From Tubiluchus corallicola (taxonomy: Eukaryota; Animalia; Priapulida), in contig JAQGDQ010000045.1 of the NCBI GenBank assembly GCA_030141605.1, positions 806,001 through 870,000 on the forward strand: DNA of 64,000 nt, given 5' to 3'. Shown here piece by piece: positions 19,740-29,353 of the stretch. The notes beneath the pieces were generated by a model, which saw only the letters and a program-made list of their open reading frames with translations, did no database searches and had not been told where the DNA came from. The position numbers and the translations under genes were made by a program. Numbering within the stretch: position 1 is the stretch's first letter; each line of letters starts with the position of its first letter.

Positions 19740-20055
19740 TAGCGCGAATTTCAACCAATACGTGTGAGGTTAACGTTAGGCTTGTATTTTAGAACTCATT
19801 ATTATTATAACTAAACTTGTAATAACATTATTATTTAATTTAAAACAAAAGAAAACCCTCCACTTATATAAAGCTTAAAAGATCATCTTGAAATTTTATA
19901 CCACTTACATACTGCCTTTTTGCAGGGCTTGCGCCAGCAGTAACACTGTATAAAACTTGTAAATTTAAACTACTGCGATCACGGTTAGGCGCAGCCATTT
20001 AAATAGTAGGTCGTTTGAAAGAAGTTTAGATAACAATGCACGAGGTTTGAAAAAA
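19740..20055 (-). promoter_or_regulatory. Candidate promoter and non-coding first exon of the PIGV/TMEM242 unit
   Basis: CpG-containing patch with CCAAT (~19754), TTCGCGC (~19741-19748, minus) and YY1-like AAATGGCTGCGC (~20000-19989, minus). Minus-strand donors GTATGT/GTAAGT at 19912/19908. Confidence 0.4.
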
Positions 20056-22635
20056 TAATCACAGCATTTGCAGCACACATGTTAGAAACTATGTAAAATT
20101 TTAAATTACTGTATCTTGTGAATAAGGTTAAAAATAAGTTTTAGGTTAGTGAGTGGGGCACCCTAGAGCGTGGGCCAGCGACATTTTATCAATTCACATG
20201 AACATTTTAAATTATTATTTCTAGTTACATAAGTCTTTCCAGTAGGTAAGCGAAATACTAAATAATATAGATTTGCGTAGAAAAATTTTTGGGACGTAAT
20301 TTAGCATTGCTTTTCTTCCCCTGATTTACATTTGCATAGGTGATCATGTAATGGCACCATCGGAACAGAATTGCAGGAGATTTAAAATCAAAACAAACAA
20401 AAATTTCTTTTAACGCGAGTATGATATGTGCACAAAATTGCTGAAAAGTAATTTTTTTAAGGCGATTTTTCTGAAACCTACTTTAAGTACGCCTTTTCTC
20501 ATGCGACTGCAAAGAGTGCAATTACAAATTTCACTGTTGTGCCTGGTTAACAAAATTGCTGGCCATTGAGGACTTTCTACTTTTACACAATATTCGTTAA
20601 TTTTGTTACATTGAGTATTTGCAGGTAAAAACAGCCAACGGATCTATTAAAAAAGGGTTCTTAAGCTTCGTAACTATTACATTTTTGTATCAAGATTATT
20701 TTGGGTTTTGTGCATTTTTTGGCAAATTTATTAAGTGTTTTTTGCTGTTTTGTTCAGTAAATGAAGTGTTTTTTATGGGGTGCTGACAGATTTTTCTCAG
20801 GTAGTTAAATTATTTGCCTACTTAAACAAAAACAGTCAGCATCTTCAGATAGTTAATGAAATATCCAACCAGAATAAACTATGTTATTTATTCAAATGCA
20901 GGGCATAAGCTTCTTGTGCACTAATAATATGATTTGTAAATCTGAACTCTTTATCGGATTCTCAGCTATCACCCTATAAAAATTCTAAACCTCAAACTTC
21001 AAAGTTTATTAACCAGTAATTTTAAGCATTCATCGAAGTGTACACATGCACTCATACCAAAGTGTCAATTACAACACCATAGTATCCAAGTGTTTCCCAC
21101 AGGCCATCTGATCAAGATGTCATTGGCCAGCAAAGATTTACTGTCACAGTGTCTGTTTTCAATGTCTATTGTCCAAAATAATGTGAAGGTCGAAGTATTT
21201 GCTGCACTAGCAAACACACTATCCTACACTGTCCTGACGTCCAATAATTGTTTACAGTCCGAGTGACCATTTGTCTGGGTGCCCCTGCTAAAATGTCATC
21301 AACAGCATAATAAAAGCGGCAGATTATCGAAATTGTTAAGGGCGTCCACAACATGACACTTTAAAATTAGCTAAATTAGTGCTTAACTGCACTTTATGTA
21401 TTGTAGATTTTGCGCCAATATCATATTCTCATGTGGAGAATTAGCCCGCAACAACGCATTCATCTGTTTTCAGTTCCACTGAATATTGGGTTTGACAAAA
21501 ATGTAATTAATAGTATGTACTGTACCATTTTTGTTCATTTTCGCGACCTGGATGCAGACTGAATGCATAATGCTCAGTCTTCATGGAAAGTAAGCTCACA
21601 ATTGTGTGAGTTATTTCTACTGTACAATGAATAAACTATTAACTGTAACTAATTAACTGATTAAGGACAGTACAAGTACTATTAAAAACCTCTAATGAAA
21701 TATAAATTATTAATAAAAAACATCAAATCTCTCTTACAAAGCAGTATACATAACCACAATTCCCATTTTTTACCACAATTCTCATTTTTTATACAAATCA
21801 GCTTATTGAACATCGATAAATTGGCATTGTACTTGTAAACTCAGACTTTTATCAATATCTTGTTTTGACTTATGTCAGAAATTTATCTAACTAATAGCTA
21901 TTCAGTCTATGCCTCTGTGAGTAACAGAACCTTTTGCTAGTGAGTGAGTAATTCTACAGAATAATTAGTTTAAGCACACAGCCGACTCAATAGGGAGTCT
22001 GTTATGTCCGGAGTATTTAGTGTAGAAGCCTTGTACATCTTACACAACCTGCAGCCCCGAGAGATGATCGAAATCAAACCGAAAGGCCTGTAAATTTACT
22101 TTGACCTAAACCTCTCAGAATATGTGAAATTATCCTGAAAGGCAGAGTAAAAACTAGGACGAATTAGGAAAATGTTACTGAAAGATATTCAAAAGTTAAC
22201 TTGGTTGTGATACATCTGCCAGATATGTTGGACAGTCTCAAATTTGACCTTGAATATCAGTTTCCGAAAAAATTAATTGTAGGTTATGATGTGCAAATTT
22301 CCAAACTAAATATTGAGCGCATGGCTGATTCAGCAGTACCTTGATGTAATACTTATTGTTTACGTACCTCCTTCCAGCAAACGGTTGTGTTATGATCATG
22401 TATTCATAAATTACGATTTTATTGTTTTATCAGTGGACAAACATGTAGCTCGCGGCCGTAGCGCGCTATCATTATTCGGATACAATTAGTCAATGACATA
22501 CACGCTTTTGCGAGGCTGAAAATTTTTGCAATTGTGAGCATCGGTCGATCCCTGAATTTGCTTCTTTGTTTTAATTCGATTACAAGATAACCTGCAAAAT
22601 TCTCTTGAATCTGTCTGCTAGCAGAGAATCGCATA

Positions 22636-25600
22636 ATGTCTTCTCAGCCAAGCGTATTTGTTGGGCGATTACATCGCAATACTCGACAGCGCGATCTCGA
22701 GAAAATTTTTGAGTATTATGGAACGCTATCAAGATGTGAAATTAAATGCGGTAGCTTTTCTTTCTGCTGTTATTATTTATAAATTAGCATTATAATGTAT
22801 TGAGGTATCTATTCCTATTTAATTGGTATACCCTAATAAGACCAGACGGTTACACCTAACAATAATAGTAATGCGTCCCCTTTCTGTCTGGGAGGCCATG
22901 AATTCTCGATATTGCAACTGAGTCATACCAAAGACTTTAAAAATGGTAGCTACTGTTGTCCTGCCTGCTGTGTGTATTTAGGGTAAAATATGTGTAATAA
23001 TGGTCTCTGTCATGTAGTTGTAGATGGTTATTTACAGTCTGTCCAAAAGTTTTTAGGAGCTTATGTTAATTGTTCGCCCAAAAAGAGGCCGGCTTTACAT
23101 AAAAATTATTATCCGCCCTACACTTTCTTGTCAAATTTGATGTCATCATCTCATTACTTTTGGCTTTTGCTTTAGTCGATTACTTATTAAATGCTAATAT
23201 TAACAATTTTAACAAATATTAACAATAATTAGGCATTTAATATTTAGCCAAATATTTGTCTTTCCCTCTATGTGAAATTGGTGCTATTAAACTTTTGCAC
23301 CCTTTTTTCTAGGCCTGTAGGTCATAAACCAGACTAATAGTTTATAGACAGCATTTGAACGAAACCAGGTTTTTAGGCGTCATAATTCCATATTGTTTCC
23401 ATATATTGTTGTTATTGAGTATTACAGGGCTCGTACGCTACTTTTGAAAAATATAGCACATTATTCTAAAAAAATATAGAACATTTTTTGAAAAAAATAT
23501 AGGAATTATAGAACATTTTCCTTAAAAACGAAAATTGCTAACTTTACACTTCAGCGATTTTCACAATTTCTTGCAAAAGTAAATGATTTTTCCTACCTGT
23601 AACAGGAGAGCATTCTTTGATTGAAGTTGGTATTGTCATTGAGCGGCTTATACACTTCTGGGTACGCTCTTTCTCTACCTGCAATTGTTCAAAATTACAT
23701 TTTACAAAAACAACATGAGCAGGAAGAGCCCTTACAGAAATGATATGCAATGTCTAGCACAAACGAACTAACATTGGTTAAAGCACATGATAATATATGT
23801 AATATCTAGAAATTGAAGAACTTAAATGAAAGGAATGAATGTCTAATCGCAAAACACCGATTGGAAATCGCAAAAAGTTCGAAAGTTCTCTGATATCTTA
23901 AAATTTTAGAATATTTAAAGAGGCAAGATGCAAACATGAATGAGCACCCACGAAAGATTTGTGAAATAACAAAATTTAGCACGTTTATTGCAGAATGTCA
24001 CTACATGCAGCGATATACACGAAACAGCGTTTGCTATAAACAACAGCGATATCAAGACGATATTATGTTCAATCATTGTTCTTTTTCTTTTTAGTCAAAG
24101 GCGGTTGATTTTTATCACTAGAGCCTGCCGGTTCAGAGCGTTTCAACGGAATCCTAAATGCAGACAAATATGCTTGTCTGGACGAAATGGCCAGAGCAGG
24201 ACTCTCATCATCAGAATTACTAGTACAGTCTTTCTTATTTTTAAGCAAGACTTTATCACTGGACTTGCTGCTCGACATATCAGAATTTTTTCGTCACCAG
24301 ACTTGCTACTAGAAGTTACAGAACTTATCTTTTTACAAGACTTGCTACTTGATGTCCCAGAAATTTTCTTTTCATCAGACTTGGTACTCGACGTCCCACA
24401 ACTTTTCTTTTCACCAGATTTGCTACTCAATTTGCTACCACTTTTGTCATCGGACTTGATGCTCGAAGTTATAGTACTTTTCTTGTCAGCAGTCTTACCA
24501 CTTACCTTTTTATTTCTTGAACTGGCACCAGAATTACTGCCTTTTTTACTTGCATTTTTCTTACCTGTCAATTTCGATTGATATTTCTCCATGATCTTTG
24601 TTGCCGCTGTATGAGTATGGAGATTCCTCTTTCTTGTCGGCAGCCTTTGCTCATTGGTTCTCGACTCGAATTCTTTTCCAATACATGCTTGCTTGCTGCG
24701 TAGGGTTTCGTGCTGTTTGTTGGCAGCATCGAGTTTGTTCGTAGCACACTGAATCATTTGCTGGGCAGCCGTTATTACCGCAATATCGCTCTTTACTCCC
24801 TCACTTAATTGTTCACTACTGTTCCCCAGCAATATCTTTGCTGTTTTTAACTGTGTCTGTAGGTCCGATTCTTGTTTGGTGACTATGTCAAGTATTTTCT
24901 TCCTGTCTAACCTCCTCTGCTCCCTTACTAGCTCGGCGTCTCTACGCGCTTCCTCTTCTTTCAGATTCTCGCCCTGTAGGTTCCTGCATTTGATCTCTTC
25001 ATCCTTTTCTTCTTGTAAACAGGTGTGGCAAGCTGCTCTAGCCGAGCGCACAGCATTTAAATGTCTTGAAGATACTTTCATTTCATGAGGGTAAATATTC
25101 ATTGCCCTGAAATGATCTTTAGTGGCTCTAAGTCTGTTCACAACAGACTCTCCCATGGCCGTTCGGTTTCTTGTGATTGTCAGGTTGTTTACATTGAAAC
25201 CCCTCTCAACATCAGAGTTCCCATGTGACAGGGATAGTGAGGCTTTTACCACTTTAGTAATCAGTAGATATTTCGGTTTACCTTGCGCCTCGACCTTGAA
25301 GACTTTATTCCAATGGTGCTCAACTCTTGAATACAGGACGATTCATGACGTCGGCATGTATCTAAACATCTTAAATCTTTCACGATTTGTAGGTCGAATG
25401 GAAGAATATTATAACTTATAATATAAAGGAACTGCTGCTGCGTCGTTCCCTTATAGTTTATAAGGGAACGACACAGCAGTCATGCTTACTTTAAAAAAAA
25501 CTAAATGCTAGCATGTATGTGGCCCTCAAAATGGATGCATCACTGCTTGGATCAACGAAAGTCCACAGAATGCATACAGTTATCATTGGGCCATCTTATT

Positions 25601-28600
25601 AGGTGTTGGGTGATCCTAAAAAACTATCCATTTCATGTCACAATAATCAGACATAAAAAAACTTTGTACTAACCGGTCGGGGATCTTCGAATCTTGCGTT
25701 CACCTGCCGTTAGAGCATACACCAGAACCATCAGCGACGCAATGAGAATACCAACTCTGTAAAAACATGCTTACTTCAAAACAGACAACTGTTATTTATA
25801 TTCATTAAAATGCCCAAATCATGAAGATATGTACTTATAATATCTAATTGTGGTTATACGTGAAAAATACCAATAACATTCTCATTTCATTGAGAATTCA
25901 TGATTTTACAGGAATTGTAGGACATTTTTATAGTTTTATCAAGTTTTATAAGAATTATAGGACAGAACCCCAAAATTACTTGCCAAAAACATTGAAATGC
26001 TCCATGAGTGACTAATGTCTGTGAGTGTTTACTGTACACAGAGTAATGCAACAGTGACGTAGAGTGGCCATTGTCCTGTACTTTTTATTTCCATTATATC
26101 TATAATCATAATGAGTTGACACGTGGGCTATCTGTGTCATGTGAATCATTATGGTTTCAATTTTGCTGGCATTCCATCCACCATATTGGTTACTTCCTAC
26201 TTTTGATGCAAGCTTTACTTTTTACTGTCAGTGTCTGCCCACTCTTCCTTGTTGGAGTCGGCTCTAACGTTACTATCTTAAGCTGACAAATCTGTTGCTG
26301 TAAAACTCACTATACTGTTTAATAAAGAAAGTCTATTTTCACGAAACTATTTTAATGATGGTGTCTTTGTGTTAATTACTTGAACTTGAAGTTATTAGTC
26401 ACTAACACAAAGTCACCCCAATGCAGACTTTACAGCAGTCTTCCTAATGAAGTTGTAACTTCCCGAATCTTGTACTCTGTAGTAAATAAATTTCATTTCC
26501 ATCAAATTGGCAACTATACTATCTAGTTGACAATGTTCATTTCATCTTGTCCCATTTGTCCTATCTTGTCTCCTTAAGTTGGTTTCTAACTTATTATTTT
26601 TTCTGTTTTCTTTATTTTTGTTTTTGAAATTTTTGTTATTGTAGCTGTGTACATCTGCTTGACAGAAGATTAATTTTCTTTAATTTTGTGTTTTTGTGCC
26701 CGTCCTTACTTACTGTTTGCTGGTGCTGCGGATGCTGCTGTTGCCGCATTTATATGCATGTGTGTATGTATGTATTTAACTATGGAAGTATGTATGCTGG
26801 TGTTGTGTTTCGATCTTAAAAATCAGTGTGGATAGCGATGTACGTACAGGTTCCATTTCCGCCTTTGCTTAGAAGCTGTAAGGCTTCAGTATCACACAAT
26901 TATATAATTGCTTAATGTATGCTCCTAAGTTGTACGTAATGATAGTGGTGACAATTAATAGTGGTAGTGGTAACGGTGATAATATAGGTGGTAACATGGT
27001 AATATTGGTAGTGATGATGGGGATGGAGATAATATTTGTGATAATAACAATGATGATAATGAGAACGATGTTGACAGTTAGGCATGTTGATGATGACAGT
27101 AGTGACAATAATGATACTTTTGGTGATCAAAATAAAGGGAAGAAAAGTGAATTTAAAGTATGCCCAAAAGAATTTTCTAAACAAAGTTGTATTACTTAGC
27201 ATTATGCTTACCTGTTTGAAAGACTTTGTGATTGGAAAAGAAAATTCTTAATAATTTAAAATGTTTGCCCCACCTGGTAAAACAGCACTGAATCGCCATC
27301 CCAGTGTGCACCACTGATTCACCAACAAACATATTGATATTATTGACAATATAAAGTAATTTAAACATTTACTTAGTTAGCAAAGAGTGTGCTGCGAATG
27401 CTCTGATTATTTCAAACTGTACGGCAGTGTTATCTAAACTCTACATCCTATTGTTTCAAACATCCTGCCATATTTTTAAAATGGCCGTGTTTATTGGTCT
27501 TAACGAGAGATTTAATTTACACATTTTATAAAGCATTATTGCCAATGTAAGTACTGTATGCAGTAAGACTGCATGTATGTGACAAAATTTCAAGACTATT
27601 TTTTAAGTTTTATTTGCGAAAAGTGTTTTTTGTGCTTTAGCAATTTCTAGTGTTTCATCACAAGTATTTTGCTTGTAATTCGATAACGCTACAATACAAG
27701 ACTGTTGTAAAAACTGCAACATCTCTGAGTTTGAAGCTGAAATTGAAGCAGTTGAAGCTTCAAATTAAATTATAATTATAGGCGTCGTAGGCCGGAATTT
27801 AAGTTGTAATTGTAGGCAGAATTTATAGGCCGGCCTACTGTTCCATTATATGTCTGTATTTCTGTGTAGTTTTGCAAATTCGTTGCGACTTGGTTGCTGC
27901 ATACGGCTTCTTTTTAATGGGACTTCCTGACTTTTTCTGTTTCTTGATTATAGTCGGGGCCCAAACTGACATACGTAAACAAAATGTGTTAGGCCACTAC
28001 AATTAAAATATTTATCATTAATTTTATTTTGTTACTTTATTTTAAGAACCTATTGTTAAATTTAAAAAAGTTATTCTTGCATCTATCAAAGCACGGTCAT
28101 AATACGTAAATGGAATAATAATAATAAACTATAGTTTGCAACGTCAACAAGGTAAACATGCGTACATGCCTTTTGGATTAGGCCCTGATAATGGATAAGC
28201 TATTATAAAAATTGTCACATGACTCTACTCATTAACATGATGGCACTCTGAACTGTACAACTACTGTTTCTGCAAGTTCTGCGTAGTTCTGTATAATTAT
28301 ACACTAAATATGGGACTGAATTATCATAGGATTATTGAAAATATTTTCTGATGACATAAATAAAATAGAATGAGCTACAGGCCTATAAACGCATAATACT
28401 TTAGAAAAAACTAGGAAGTACGAAGGTGTAACAGCGCCTATGAATTTCAACTTTGATGAGTTGTGTTGCACATTTCACATTTTTTAGTGTTTTATTTAAA
28501 GTTTTCTGACAACTAGAAGTAATCATTTAATAATCAGTTTCTCAGCAAAATAATTGATCCTACCATTATTCAACCAGTAATTGATTATGCCCACCACATG

Positions 28601-29319
28601 TAGTCATTGCATTTGTTAACGTTTTGCAAAAGTTCAAATAAGTTGAAATTTCCTGTGATCACCATTACTGATTAATGATCGAGTACCGATCTTGGCCAGT
28701 TGGTGCAAACTGTATGTCTGTGAACCCATGCCTGAAATATACCAGGTTGGGTTTTTACTATTTCTAATTTATGCTGATTTAGGTGAAAAGTTGTTTTCAC
28801 GCATACTAATTATGATATGTAATTTATATATTATGATCAGGCTTTCTGACATTAACTGACTTGGTTTTGTTATTTTCATATTTGCTGTTGCCATCCTTGC
28901 TAATAAAGGAAGTGGAATGGGTAAGTAGAAGTTTGCCAAGCATCATTTTGATATAACACACTTTTCTGTACTAAAAGTCCAAATTGTAATAATTTACGAG
29001 TTTGCATTCATTTGGCTATAAAATAATGAAGATACGTAGTTATTTATTAGTTTTTGGCTTAGAACACTAATAGTAACTATAGGATTTTTGGTTTGCAAAT
29101 TCTATTTTTTCGTCATCATCATCATTTTTGTTTGTATTATGTTAATATGAGTAAAACATAAAAAATTGAGTAAAAATTAGTTGCATTGATTAGTTGTACG
29201 CCATTTGAAATACCACTGGTATGTTAGATTGTATCATTGTATGTATATGTATATATTTATGTGATTAGCATATTTTAGTACAGCACTGTATTTCTATACA
29301 TGTAGAATGTCTCTCTCTC

Positions 29320-29353
<34 letters not shown>

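Larger units (their letters stand above)
23425..25970 (-). mobile_element. Internally deleted hAT-superfamily DNA transposon carrying the C-terminal part of its transposase, in SR gene intron 1
   Basis: Left end CAGGGCTCGTACGC with AGGAATTATAGAACATTTT-type subterminal repeats; similar repeats and GAACCC at ~25905-25970. Minus-strand translation NILPFDLQIVKDLRCLD / RVEHHWNKVF...GKPKYLLITKVVKASLSLSHGNSDVERGFNVN matches the hAT C-terminal dimerisation region. No TSD resolved. Confidence 0.7.

Noticed and set aside
9280-23935. Short matches to miR-133 (~9293), miR-12 (~23416) and miR-31 (~23921)
   Set aside because: Only 10-12 nt match and there is no pre-miRNA hairpin.
23988-25088. Plus-strand ORFs of 197 and 70 aa
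   Set aside because: Antisense to the transposase remnant and kept open by the 39-bp repeat.
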